Of a stretch of DNA of 64,000 nucleotides, positions 28,340 through 42,129 are shown piece after piece. The notes under the pieces are model-generated. The model searched no databases and was not told the DNA's origin. It saw only the letters and a program-made list of their open reading frames with translations. The stretch is from the human T2T-CHM13v2.0 reference genome, Homo sapiens. Both the position numbers and the translations under genes were made by a program. The stretch lies in the NCBI RefSeq assembly GCF_009914755.1, contig NC_060933.1, one strand, 5' to 3'. The stretch's first letter is position 1; each line of letters opens with the position of its first letter.

Positions 28340-29030
28340 TTCCTTCAATAATTTATTCATCCATGAAACATGTTCCAAGCACTCACATGCCCCAGGGGCC
28401 TCGGATACAAGAGTGAGGTGGACACAGTCCCTGTCACCCAGAAGCATGGGACCAAGTGAGGGAAAACAAGACCCATATATAAACAGTGACTTGGCAGTGT
28501 GATGATGAGTGAGCCAGCATGGGTCTAGGTCATACAGGACCCTGAATGTGAGAGAAAGGTGCTTGGACTTAGTAGTGTAGGGAATGAGAGAATGTGGTAG
28601 ATTTTGAGGAGAGGAATGGCAAGATTAAAACCACGCTGGAGACGAATAAATCTGCCAGCACTATGTATTCCGAACTGAGAGGGGAAGGGTGGATGGTATT
28701 AGAAAGCTACTGGAATGGTCTAGGTCAACGATTCTGAAAGTGTGGTCCCCAGCCCAGCAGCATCAGTGCCTCCTGATAACTTGTTAGTAATGTACATTCT
28801 TGGATCTCACCCCAGACCTACTGACTCAGAAACTCTGAGTGGGCTGGGCAGTCTGTTGTAGCAAACCCTGCGGGTGATTCTGATACGGGCTAAGGTCTAA
28901 GAATCACTGGTCTAGGTGAAAGAAAGTGAGACCTAAACTAGGGCAGTTGTAATGGGCATAGAGACAGGCAGCTTTAGACACACAGATTTAGCAACTACTG
29001 CTTGAACATGTGGGACAAAAGGGGAGAGAA
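28340..29030 (-). mobile_element. L2 fragments
   Basis: ttattcatccatg…cacagtccctgtcacccagaagc…gatttt gaggagaggaatggcaagatt, consistent with the L2 3' region in reverse. Confidence 0.55.
28726..28909. mobile_element. MER5A hAT-Charlie MITE with 8-bp TSD gtctaggt (28718-28725 / 28910-28917)
   Basis: gtgtggtccccagcccagcagcatcag…ccccagacctactgactcagaaactctg…ggtgattctgat…aagaatcactg, with a perfect 8-bp flanking repeat typical of hAT elements. Confidence 0.9.
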
Positions 29031-30944
29031 CACCCTGGATCACGTTCCCAGGCAGCCCCGTGGCTTGGCAGGAGAGCCTTGTGGCAGTGGTGCCGCATGG
29101 CAAAGGGACATAAACAGGTCCCCGTCCCTGCTGTTCGGCCAAGGCGAAGTCCCCTCAGTCACTAGCGGATTCCAAACGCACATGTATCGTGTTGGCATTC
29201 CTGCAGAAAATGCTAACCATGCACCAAAGAAGTCCCTTAAATTAGCCCTGCAGCTAATTTAAAGAACTGGAGGATGAAGTCACTAAAAATAAACTTTACT
29301 GTATAGCCCAGCTCTGTTGCTTGATAAATCTCTGCTATCGCAGAGGCTCCATTTGCCTGACGGGTGATGCTAGGCAACTTGAAGGGAAGGTGATAGACTC
29401 TAAAACAGGTGAGGCGTGGGCTTCCACAGTGACAAGGAAAGGACTTAACGAGAGAGCTCTGTCTGCCATCCAAGTCCCTCTAAGACCTAGACCCACGTTG
29501 AGCCTATTCCCACCTATTCCCCTTCACGCAATGACCCTTCCTCCCCACAAACCCCGGTCAGGCCACTTCCACCTGGCTTGATCACTTTCCTCTGTAACAT
29601 ATCATCGACAGCAACAAAACATCAAAACGCAACAAAACACAATAGCGATGATATTAATTGCACATACTATGTGCCAGGAACTGCAATTTAAAAAAATTTA
29701 ATCTTGATAAAATCCTATGAAGCAGGTGTTATTATTAATATGATCCCCATTTTACAGATGAGGAAACCAAGGCACAAGGATATGAACCAATGTGTTTTGA
29801 ACCTGGGAAAGAAACCCAGACAGGCGGGCTCCAGCATCCTTGTTTCTAACCACTGCATCATGCGGCCTCCATACACGGGGAGCTGTCAGGCACTCACTGA
29901 GGACCTGGAGAGTCAGGCCGGTTATTTGTAACATCTCCTTTGACCCTAGCAAGAATCCTACGAATTAGGTATTACAAATGGTCCCATTTCACTGATGAGA
30001 AAAGTGAGCTTCAGAGAGGTTAACCTACTTTCCTAAGGTGGCTCAGCTTTGACCTCAAAGTCCAGGCGCTTTCCACGCCATCATGCTCACTTGATGTAGT
30101 TATACAACTTCACTGAACTCATTTTCCCCTCCCTGGCAATGGAGAGAAGTTTCTGGCTCTGTGGGGTGGCGTGAGGCTAAAGCAGGAGGATGGAGCCTAC
30201 GCCTAGCACAAAACGGCCACATTGTTTAGGACTCAAAACAGGCTTTCCACAAAGCATCAAGATGAATCTGCTTGGGGGGCTTGTAACTGTCCTCAATGTG
30301 ACTTCTCGGGAGGGTACCAGTGCTCATCTGGCTGCTTCGTTTTGTTTGCCAAACAAGTCAATCTGTTACTTTACATTCCGGGCTCCCAAGAATTGCTGAC
30401 ATGTAATGTTTGTAATGTGTGTCGACTATATGAATTAACAAAGGACCCCATGGCGACAACAGCAGACTAGGTCTCTCCCTGCCTGGGGATGGATTCCCAG
30501 AGCTGCCAGGCCTGGGGTTGCTGCAGGCGCATTTTCCTGCAGGGCCAGGCGACGCATTAACTGAAGGACAAGCATAAGGACTTACTCTAATGCCCTGGCT
30601 CCCACAGACCCAGAACTCATGCTATTTCAGAGCTGGAAAGGCCTTTTGGGGTCACTGCGCCCAGCCCTCTCATTTTACGGATGAAGGAGCTGACAGCTCA
30701 TTTTACAAAGACCTCCCAATAAGCTTCTTTTCCAACAGGGTTCTCTGCCCTGCCGGCCCTGAGCATGGAGCGCGTGTCTTCGCCATTGTCCCTCTTGCCC
30801 ACTGGGCCTGCAGCACGGTCAGAGGCAATGAAACATTTTGTACACATAGGCCAAGGAGGGGTGCTCCAGTCGCCTCCTCCTCCCTGGGCTGTGGGGCTGG
30901 TGGTGCAGGGGGTCTGGAGTTTGGGCTTTGTGGGTAGATCAGGG

Positions 30945-31100
30945 CATGGTTGAAATCCCAGCTCTGCCACTCACAAGCTGTGTGACCTTGGGCAAGTCAT
31001 ACAGTCTCAAAGCTTTAGTTTCCTCTAATATAAAATGGGAATAATAATGGCACCTAACCTATAGGACTGGTGTTAGGATTAGCAGAGAAGATGGACACAG
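30945..31100 (+). mobile_element. MIR
   Basis: aatcccagctctgccactcacaagctgtgtgaccttgggcaagtca…gtttcctctaatataaaatgggaataataatgg. Confidence 0.8.
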
Positions 31101-31674
31101 CACCTCAATACCTGTTTGCCACTTGGATTATAACCACTGACATCTTTCTCTCATGAGTGTCATCATCTCAAGGGGCCCACTGTCTAGTCACCAGCCCTCA
31201 GTGGGAGAGACTGGTATTCACCCCGAGGACCTCAGGAGAATATGGGGTTTCTGCCTCACTCCCCATCCCATGTAACCAAACACTAGATTGACTTTCCGCT
31301 CCTCCACTGCTCCTTCTTGGGAAACTCTCATTCCAGGCTGTCCAGGACCACCTAACAAACCCTCCACGTGTGCCTCATTTTCTCAGGCCTGGCTGGGGAG
31401 TTCACTGTACCTGCTCTGACACCCTCCTTCTCTATTGAGGATGAAGTAATGCGTGAGAGAGAACTTTGCTGCTGCCCAGGTACAGAAAAAGTCAGATTTT
31501 GAGTTAGAAGGGGCACTAGCAATGACCATGTGTCATTTTCCTTCTGAAATACATAGAGAGTGGGGCCAAGTCACTGACTTGAGGTGAGGCATCACACAGG
31601 GGTGGCAAAGGCAGGCTAAGGCCCCCGGACTTCTCATCCAGAGCCTTTGAGATAAAAAAGAGTGAAGAAGAAGG

Positions 31675-31999
31675 GAGAGTTAAGTGGCTCAAGCCTATAA
31701 TCCTAGCACTTTGGGAGGCTGAGGTGGGAGAACTGCTTGAAGCCCTGAATCTAGACCAGGCTGGGCAACATAGCGAGACCCCACTTCTACAAAAAATTAA
31801 AAATTAGTCAGCTCTGGTGGTACGCACCTGCGGTCCTAACTACTTGGGAGGCTGAGGTGGGAGGATTGCTTGAACCCGGGAAACAAGTCTGCAGTGAGCC
31901 GTGAGCTGTGCCACTGCACTCCAGCCTGGGAGATGGAGCAAGACCCTGTGTTTAAAAAAAGAAAAAGAAAAGAAAAAAGAAAGAAAAAGAAGAAAAAAA
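31675..31999 (+). mobile_element. AluJ-like
   Basis: Two arms and a (GAAAA)n-type tail. Confidence 0.9.
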
Positions 32000-33869
32000 A
32001 TGACACAGCTATTGAGCATAAATGCCAGAGTGGCCAAAATTCTGAATGAAAAGCTCAGACTCTTCTAGCCACCTTGGCAGAAAGGGAGGAGAATGCCTTT
32101 TGCCTGAAGGACTTCAGAGCCCCCTTTAAAGCTACTGAATAGTTGGCCACTGCCTTTCCGTAGATGAATTGGCTGGTGCTTAGCTTTTCTCTGGAACCCA
32201 GAGAAAGATTTTTTGAAGTATAAGCCCTGCCTGCACCAACTGCCCAAGGCACGGTGAACAAGGTCCCCAGGCCTGAGAGAGCATTCCAGGTCTGCATGGC
32301 CTGGTTGCTGCCTCCCTCATCCTCCACATCCACATCCCTCCCTCCTTTTATAAATGATCCACTAGAAAAACAGCCATCTTTCAAATTTAAGATTCTCTCT
32401 CACCTTTCCCAAAATGCTTCCCACGGCTTTTGGAGATAGAATCAACCATTCCTTTCTCTATAACCTCCCCGACTTAGTATTTCATCATCATCATCAAGAA
32501 ATTTTTTGAGAACTCAATCTGCATCTTGCACAATGCTAAGCCCACAGTATACATTATTTTTTCTTCAGAGTAGTTATCACACTCCAATGGCTATTTGCAT
32601 AACTGTCTGCTTAATGCCTATTTCTTTTCTAGACGGAAAGTTCCCAGAAGGGCAGGCACCATTACTGCCTGGTTTATGACTATACCTACAGCCCCAGCAC
32701 AGCTCCCAGTACGCAGTAGGTGCTTAAAAATATCTGACAATGAATACAGTCATTATTTCAGTGAATTCTCACAACAATCCAATTAGTTAGTCACAGTTAC
32801 TAACGTGAGTTTACACCTGAGGACGCTGAAGCGTGGGAAGGTTAAGTCAATGGCCTAAGCGAGGAGGCTGGGATTGGAACCTGGGTGGTCTGTCTCCACA
32901 GCCCACGTGTTAAACCCCTGCACTACCCCTGTATTTCTACACCCCTCTACTTCTGGTTGCCAGCATGAATCTTTTTTTCCTCTTGTTCTCTCACAGTCCC
33001 TGGGAAAAGCCTGTCTCTACTCTGGAAGAACAAAAATTTCCTAATGGCAACAGCAAGAGACTGTCTATATGACAACTGTAATCAGTGGTTGTATTAGCCT
33101 CTGTTTTACCACCTCCAAAATTAGCAGAAAAGGCCAACTTGAGCTTTCATTGTACAGCTCTGCTAATGAAGGGATCCTTTTAATTACATACTCAGTGCCT
33201 ATCTGCAACACAAAGCATTTTAGTGTTTAAACACAGTTCTGTACCAAAGTATAGGGCTATGTGAATACAGACAATAAGTTGGGGGAAGCCATGTGTAAAA
33301 GTTATTCTTTGCCTAGACTGTAATTTCTTTTTGACAGTCAATTTCATCTAAACCCAGTTCATTTTCTATGGTAATCCTAATTCTCTTCTATACACTGAGC
33401 ACCCGATGAACCCTTATTCAGTAATTCCGTAGGCATATCCCAGGTCAGATACTCCCTCTTCAGATTGCAGATGACATCTGCACACTTTGTTAATTTCACT
33501 CATCACTGACTGATTTGCTTTGAGGGCTCTCGCCACTTACCTGCGCTGGCACATCGGTCAATTCCCGCGGTACAGGTGTTGAACACAAAACCAGCTTCAC
33601 TCAGCATCACGCCAGGAGTTCATGACATTTGTATCCCACTTTCCAAAGCAATTTTTGAGTGCCATTCTGTATGGGATTTGCACTGATGCGAATGAGGCCT
33701 TACGAGGCAGATCCCACAGACCTTTCTCAGACAAGGGTGTCCTGACCTTGCATTTGTATTTGGTCAGGGGAAAAAGGGAATCACTCTTAGTGAGCCCCTC
33801 CTTTGGGCCAGAGACTCTAACAGGCATTAATTACCCTGGTTAAACCACACAGAGACCTTAAGATGGAGA

Positions 33870-34100
33870 TATTAAGATGCACCTCCAGAGCCAGAATGAG
33901 TGGGTTGGAATCCTGCCCCTGTTCCCAACTAGCTGGTAATCTTTGAAAAGTCTCTTATCCTGCTCATGCCTTGATGTCTTCATCTGTATAATAGGGATAA
34001 TAACTCTCCCTATGTCGCAGCATTGTTGTGAGAATTAAATGGGCTAATCCATTCAGAGCCATACCTGGAACGTGGCAAGCACTCAGTAAGTGTTAGCTGC
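33870..34100 (+). mobile_element. MIR
   Basis: tcttcatctgtataatagggataataac…ttgtgagaattaaatgg…agcactcagtaagtgttagct. Confidence 0.75.
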
Positions 34101-35839
34101 TGTGACTGAACAAACAAAGCTAAGCTCAGGTTAAACACAACACTCAAAGTCACGTGCCTCCTAAACAGTATCAACTGGTAACCAGGACCTGTCTGATGCT
34201 TAAGACCCTAGGCTTCCAGGGAGGCTAGGTCAAGGGGGCTCACTGCTGGTCCACCCCTAGAAGACTGTAGTCAGCGCCCTGGCCTGGCAGAGCGTGACCT
34301 AGAGGAAGTCTTTCCATGTGCATGGTCCCCTCCTGGCCGCAGCACGAGAACACTGGCTTCTGCCTCCACTGCCCACATACTGTTCTCTCAAGGGTGACCA
34401 TGCACCTCCTAATTGTCACTGATCTTCTTAATCTTTCTCCAATCTTGCTTGTTCACAGCATTCAATGAAGCTGACCACTGTCTTCCTGAACCTCTCATTT
34501 CCTGGCTCCTGCACCCATGCACTCTCTGTGGTGTTTTTCCAACCTCTGTTTTCCCTCCTCTAGGACCCTTAGTAGTAGGTGGTCCTCTAAGTCCCTGTCC
34601 TTGACCTGCTCCCTGCCCACAGTCTTCCTGGGCGTTCTTATTCACAAACTCGATGGCCTGTACCTCGTGCCACCTCTCTGTGTCTGGGATGCCTCTGTCC
34701 TGCCCACCCCTTCACGACAGCCAAGTCCAAATCCTGCTCATTCTTCCAAGCTCACTCTAGACACCAGCCCACAGCCTTCCTGGATCCTTCCCACTCAGAA
34801 ATACTCTCTTCCTGATTCCCACAGTACTTTATAGTGGAATTTATCATTTTCTAAATTTATATCACAGTCATTTAAGTTTGTGGCTTCTTTTTCCTGATAG
34901 ACTCTGAGTTTGCCAGAAATAGAATCCATTTTTGTTCCTCTGGCAGTACTGTACATCTAATAGGTGATACAAAAAACACATGCTGATACATGATTGTGTA
35001 AGTAAAGTATTCTTTAAGACAGAGAACATGAAGAATTTGGGGTAATTTTGCCTGAAGACAAGAAAATGGGCAGGGTGACCTTTGGGCGTCATTTTTCAGC
35101 TTATGGGTCTATAAACCCATCTTTAGGGCAAAAATACCACATTAATAATTTATGGTGATGAGAATAACGGTCATTCTGGTTCCACCCCTTACCAATTGTG
35201 TGGCCTTAGGAAATGGAGATCAATACTCAGCCTCTGGTTCTCTTCTGTAAAATGGAGATGGACGATAGAATCCACTCTCCAGAGGTGTTGAGGGACTTGA
35301 TGGGGTGGTATAAACAAGGGGCTGGCACCCTGGTTGGAACATCGTAAGTACCAAAGAAATGGTAGCTGTTATATGACTCCTTTGACATATATTTATTGAG
35401 TACTAACTCTGCAGCTAGGGATGTTGGGTCAACTCAAGCCCCACCTCCTCCAGGAAGATTTCGCGGCCTCCTTCGACCCATGACATTCTTTCCTCAAAGA
35501 ACTCTGGTCCTATCAAGATTAGATTTTTTAAAGAATCTGACTAATAAATTAGGCATGCCTATTAGCAGTCAGGTCCAGAGAAAAAGTCTAACTTTTTACT
35601 TTATGCAATTTGAATTCCCTGAACATAGAGTTGTTGTCAAAATCCATTAAAGTATTTAATTTCTCTTGTCACTGCACAATTCCCCAAGCAGACATCCAGA
35701 CAGTTTGCAGTGGTGTTTCTCACAGAAGTACTAAATGTTTAGTTATCAAGGTACATTTTTTAGATGATGCCTCCCTGATGGCTCTGGAGACTCTAGAGAG
35801 ACTGTGTAAGTTCAAGCGCAAGGTTAAGGCAGGCAGCAG

Positions 35840-36050
35840 AGTGGCGAGAGCTGCAGGGAGGATGAATCACGCAGGCCTGGGCTTCAGCTCTGACACTGCC
35901 ACTTCCTGGCTGACTGACCTTGGGGAAGGTACTTAACCTTACTGAGCATCAGTTTCCTCATTTGCAAAGTGGTGACAGCACCAAACCCACAGGGCTTTAG
36001 TGAGCACGAAGTGGAATACCAAATGTAAAGAACCCAGGAGAATGCCAGAC
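35840..36050 (+). mobile_element. MIR
   Basis: tgaccttggggaaggtacttaaccttactgagcatcagtttcctcatttgcaaagtgg. Confidence 0.75.
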
Positions 36051-36416
36051 ACATCGCTGGTCCACGATACAAGATGGCTTAAAAATCCCAGAGATTTGCA
36101 GATGCACAGACTGGGGTCTAGAGGCTGCCGTCCCCATCCACCTCCCCCTCCCAGAGGGACAGCCCTAAGGAGCAGTGTGTTTATGGCGACACAATGGCCA
36201 GACCCACAGGGTCCTGCCTCTTCACAGTAGCCTCTCCCAACACCCATTCAAATCAATTATTACCCCACTTGACCGACTCACCCGGTGGGAGCCAAAGGTT
36301 TCCATGCCAACAGGAATGTGGTGGGCATCCCAACCCCCAAGAAAGAAAACAAAAGCGACTCTTTTAGTTTCCCTACTAACAAGCGCGGAGCTGAAGTCAG
36401 AGCTGTCTCTTTCTCA

Positions 36417-36430
36417 GTTGTCATGGCAAC
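36417..36430. promoter_or_regulatory. RFX X-box motif GTTGTCATGGCAAC
   Basis: One mismatch from the palindromic X-box GTTGCCATGGCAAC, in unique CpG-retaining sequence. Function untested. Confidence 0.6.
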
Positions 36431-37656
36431 GTCCACTGACCTACCCCGTCCTGCCAAACACACACGCGGGAGAGGGAGAGGGCAAGGGGGATGTGTGGGA
36501 GGTGGTGGTCCAGGGATGAGGGGCAGCAGAAACGCTCCACAATGCTCGGGAGAAAAGTACAAAAACACCCACTTTTACAAAAAAAAACCACTGGCAAATG
36601 CACCCCCCTTGCCAGGGAATGGAGAAATTCCAGTTTTTATTGTGTCGTTCCTTTGGCAATTATGAACAAATTTAGAGCCTATTCAACAGGCCAGTTCAAA
36701 CCAGAAGAGGGAACAATTATTAATTTCTCAGCTATGACACAGAGACAGGGGGCACTTCACTTGTACCTCTCCTGTCCTGCTCAGCATTTGGGAGACTGGG
36801 GTTGACGCTACTGTCTGCTGCCTCTCGCCACAGCTCAGGGCACAATCTACAGGGCAATTTCCCATTCCTGACCTAATGCAGCCTCAACAACAGCTTGGGA
36901 AGAACAAAGCAAGGCACCCACTCTGCAGGCAAGAAAACTGAATGCCGTGACCACAAACCCATGAGTACCCACTTCTGTTTTCTGTTTTCTAGTTTGCTCT
37001 CTGCCCCCAGAAGTCTTCACCCAGGAAAACACTTGAATTTGCCCAGATGGGATCAATTATTTCCCACACTCTTAGTCCTCGTGTAGCTTTGAAGAATCAT
37101 TTTCTGGAAGTCCAACACCTGCCAGAAAATCCACCCAGATAGCCCACTTGCATCTCGGTAATCCAACGTTCCAGGATGAAGATAATACATCCCCTTGAAC
37201 CTGCTTCTTGCTATTTCCATGTTGTTACTGGCAACTTCATCACCCCAGTGAGCCAAGCTCAAAACCCTGAAGTCAGCTTCGGATTCTCCCTCTTCCTCAG
37301 CCTGGTTTCTGGGGACTTGTACAGAAGTCTTCCACTGTCCGTTTTCCATTTGGAGGCTCTGATTCAAATATTCTGGGGCATCCTAGCAAGTGGAAAGCAG
37401 TGAGCAGTGGTTAACCACAAAGGCTGTGGGGTCAGGATGCTGGAGCTCTCGCTGCTTGGACACCTGTGTGCTAAGCACATCCTCTTATCTGATTCTCACC
37501 ACGACCCTTTGAGGTTAGGATTCTTCTTCATATGATTCCCAGTTTCCATAAGAGACCGTTTCCCTATGAGACACAGAAAAATGGCATAATTTGCCCAAGG
37601 TCATCCAGCTTAGAAGTGGCAAAGCCGGCTTATGATTCTGGATTGGCTGGACTTAG

Positions 37657-38016
<360 letters not shown>

Positions 38017-38225
38017 TATAACTTTCTTAGGAACAGGGCCCATCACTTCATGTTTATATCTCAGCACTGACACCAGGGCCTGCCTTGCAGCACCTGATGA
38101 GTGCCACCTGATCAAAGCTCCATAGAGTGTCTTAGCTCAGAGCTGACCAGCCTGGGTTCCGTGCCCTATGAGACCCCTTCTCCATATGTGACTTTGGGGG
38201 AACCATTAGGTAACAGCTGGAAGGC

Positions 38226-38670
38226 TGCAGTGGGCTGAACACTGTCCCCCAGAAGATATATCCAAGTCCTAACCCCTGAAACCTGTGAATGTGACCTTTT
38301 TTGGAAAAAAAGAGTCTTTGCAGATATAATTAAGGATCCCAAGATCATTCTGGATTTAGAGAGAGCCCTAAATCTGGGGACAGATGTTCTTATAGGAGAG
38401 AGATAGAGGGAGATTTGATGCAGACATACACAGAGGAGAAGGCCATGGGAACCGAGGGCAGAGGCTGGAGTCATGTTACCTGGCCAAGAGCTACCAAATG
38501 CTGGAAAAGGCAAGGAAGGATTCTCCTCTAGAGCTTTGGAGGGGGCATGGCCCTGCGGACACCCTGCTCTCAGACTTCTGGCCTCCAGCACTGTGAAAGA
38601 AGACATTTCTGTTGTTCTAAGTCACGCAGTTTGAGGTAACTTTTTAGGCAGCCCTAGGAAACTGATGTAA
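38226..38670 (+). mobile_element. MaLR solo LTR (MLT1C-like), inserted in a MIR
   Basis: gggctgaacactgtccccc…gaatgtgacctt…gtctttgcagatataattaagga…gacttctggcctccag…gcagccctaggaaact. Confidence 0.85.
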
Positions 38671-41339
38671 GAGTCCAGTGTCCTTATGTCCAACCTAGGT
38701 ACCCTTGGGGGTTACTGTGAGATCATGTAACTGGAAGCAACTAGAATAGTGCCTGGTGCACAGTAGGCCCTCAATAGATGCTAGCTGAACAGCACTAAAA
38801 CATTCTCAGTCAATATCCTGGAAACTTCTTTCCCAAGGCACACCTGGCTGACTGCCTCTGTCTATATTCTCAAGCTTGTAAAATGTTTAACTTCAGAACC
38901 CACGAGCCAGAAGGAGGAGCCACAGGGAGTATCTCCCTTTGAGCTCAGCTGCGTGGGATGAACGGGCAGCCAGCAGAGATGTTGGTGTCCTTGCGAGGCT
39001 GGTAACTAAGTACTGGCCCATCTCCAGACCAGGATGATGAGCCTGTCACGGTGGGTTTCACAAAACATCTGTTTCAGGAACAAGCCTATTGTTTCAGGCA
39101 AGCTCTAGAGATAATAGTATGTTTTTCCTACATACAGCCATGACATGTTCACTGAAGCGAATATCTCTAAATGTGACCAATTTCTTAAGTGGCAGAAGCC
39201 CATCAAACTCTTTGAGAACATATATGGCATGTGGGCAGCCCAAGCAGCTTCCTTTGCTGCCACAGAGCTAAAAGCAACACTCATTCTGGCTTGCAGGGAG
39301 GCGGTGAGAGTGGGTGGAGGTAGCGGTGGCGATTTCTCTGAAATTGGTCCCTCTAAAGGTTATGCTTCATTCTGCAAGGGAGTCAGGTCCCCAGGCTTCA
39401 TGCATATGGATGGCAATGGTGGTTGAATGATAACCTGCAATTTCTCTTCCCCACGTTAATCGACTTGGGTTGGCTACCAAGAATTTGACTAGGAATCGCG
39501 ATGCCAGTGCACATACCAATGATCCCAGGATCTCAGCTCAGCTCTGCCGGCTTCAACTCAATTCTGGCCTGAAATAAGAAAGCACTAGCTCGGTGTCCCG
39601 TGTGAGATGAGCAGACTATGCCTTGGCATGGGATAGAGAGACGGCCAGAAGGCCGACCACAGCGAGGAGAGCTGGGACACTTTCCCACAGGCGAGGGGAA
39701 ACTTGGGCCAATGAAGCAAATGCTTCAAGATCCCCCATGAAGAAAGTGCCTCCCCCGCAGCAAGCTGTCCCCCGTCCTTCCTCCCAGGGGAGGAGTGGGA
39801 TGTGAGCTCCTTCCCTCGGCACACAGATCAAGTCTGGAATACATCTGGTGTCTGGTGTGCTGCTTGGAAGTCAGGCCTGAACTGCCTGGGGGCCCCCAGG
39901 CAACCCCAACACCCAGTGGGGGTCTGGAGTGAGTCAGCTTCCTGGCCCCGGGAGCCCAGTTAGCCTGAAGCTGCCCTGGCTATTGGAACCTCCACTCTTA
40001 AACCCTCTTTGCTCACCCGGGTGGGACACTGGCCTGCAGCCTTGGCCCAGGTCCCCTCTCCAGTTCCTGGCTCTATCCCCCTCCCCTTCCTCACCAGACT
40101 GCTGCTGGGATCCCAGGATGCCATAGGGTTAAGCCCATCCTGGCTGACTGAGAAGGTCCCAAGGCCAAGTCTTTATAGCTCAGAAGGCAGTGGCTCTGGT
40201 ATAACCTCCCCTAATTATCCTGTGCCCTGCAGACTGCTCCCAGAGAGCACTGGGCAAAGGAGTCAACACATCTGAAGAGGAAATAGCTTCAAGTCATAGA
40301 GACCAGCAAGTTCAAGGTCTTCATTCTGCCTGTAGACAAGTTCTGGAGATGGGAGGTGTGGCTTGTTCAAGGTTTCCCAGCACTTAGGTTTTAGGGCTCA
40401 GGAAAGAACCCGGGTTTCTGCACTCCTAGTGCAGTTTGCTGTGACAACGTCCTTGGCTCTTCTTTGGGCCAGTTCAGCTCTTTGTAGACAGGGGCTGTGT
40501 CTGACTCATTTCTGACTCTCCAGCAACAGCATGGGGCCAGGCCCGGAGCAGGGAATCAGTCAATGTTACTTAGACTTGGCTGAATCAGTCCCCTTTGTAA
40601 AACGAATAAATTAGACACAGACACATTACTGAAGCCTGCACAAAGATATGGCTTCAGGATCTTCAAATACCTCAACTACGAGCAGGGGGGTGCTATTTCT
40701 GCCTATAAAATGGCATGGAAGTAGAAAAAGATGTTAGGTCACTATGTGAATTTTTCCTTGCATAACTGTGATCCTGTGTCCACACAGTAACAGCCGCTAT
40801 GGACTGGAGGTTGTGGCTGACATGCAGGCACTGGACTGGGGGCCTTGGACACAGGTCCAATTTAGTCCTGCTCTCAGCCCTGCCAGGCAGGAACTATCAG
40901 CCCAGATAGCGCTTGATAATAGGTAGAAACTGAGGCTTAAGCCAGTTCAGTGCTTTGCCCAAGGACACATAGCTCCCAAATGCTAGAGCATGGATTTTAG
41001 TCCAGGTCTGTGCTGTTTTACCTGGATTGGGTTGTTCTGACATTAGAATAGCAATAATATCTAATACATCGTGAGTTTACTCTGTGGCAGGCATGTTAGG
41101 TGCATGGATTCATTTAATTCTCACAACAACCCTATGAGGTATCTCTACTTTACAGACGGGGAAAAATAGGCCCAGAGAAGTGAAGTAATTTTACCAAGTA
41201 ATCAAAGCCAGCCTAGAAGACAGGGAGGGAATAGTGAGAGACAGAGAGAGCTCAGAATAAGAGGCTGGAGGTGCACGAGGAGCTCTGGAGTTGGGCTGGA
41301 TTTGCTCGCTATGTGATTTTGGGCAAATTACTTGGAATA

Positions 41340-42095
<756 letters not shown>

Positions 42096-42129
42096 CAAGG
42101 TGAACAGGGCAAGTTACTTTTCAGTTAGT

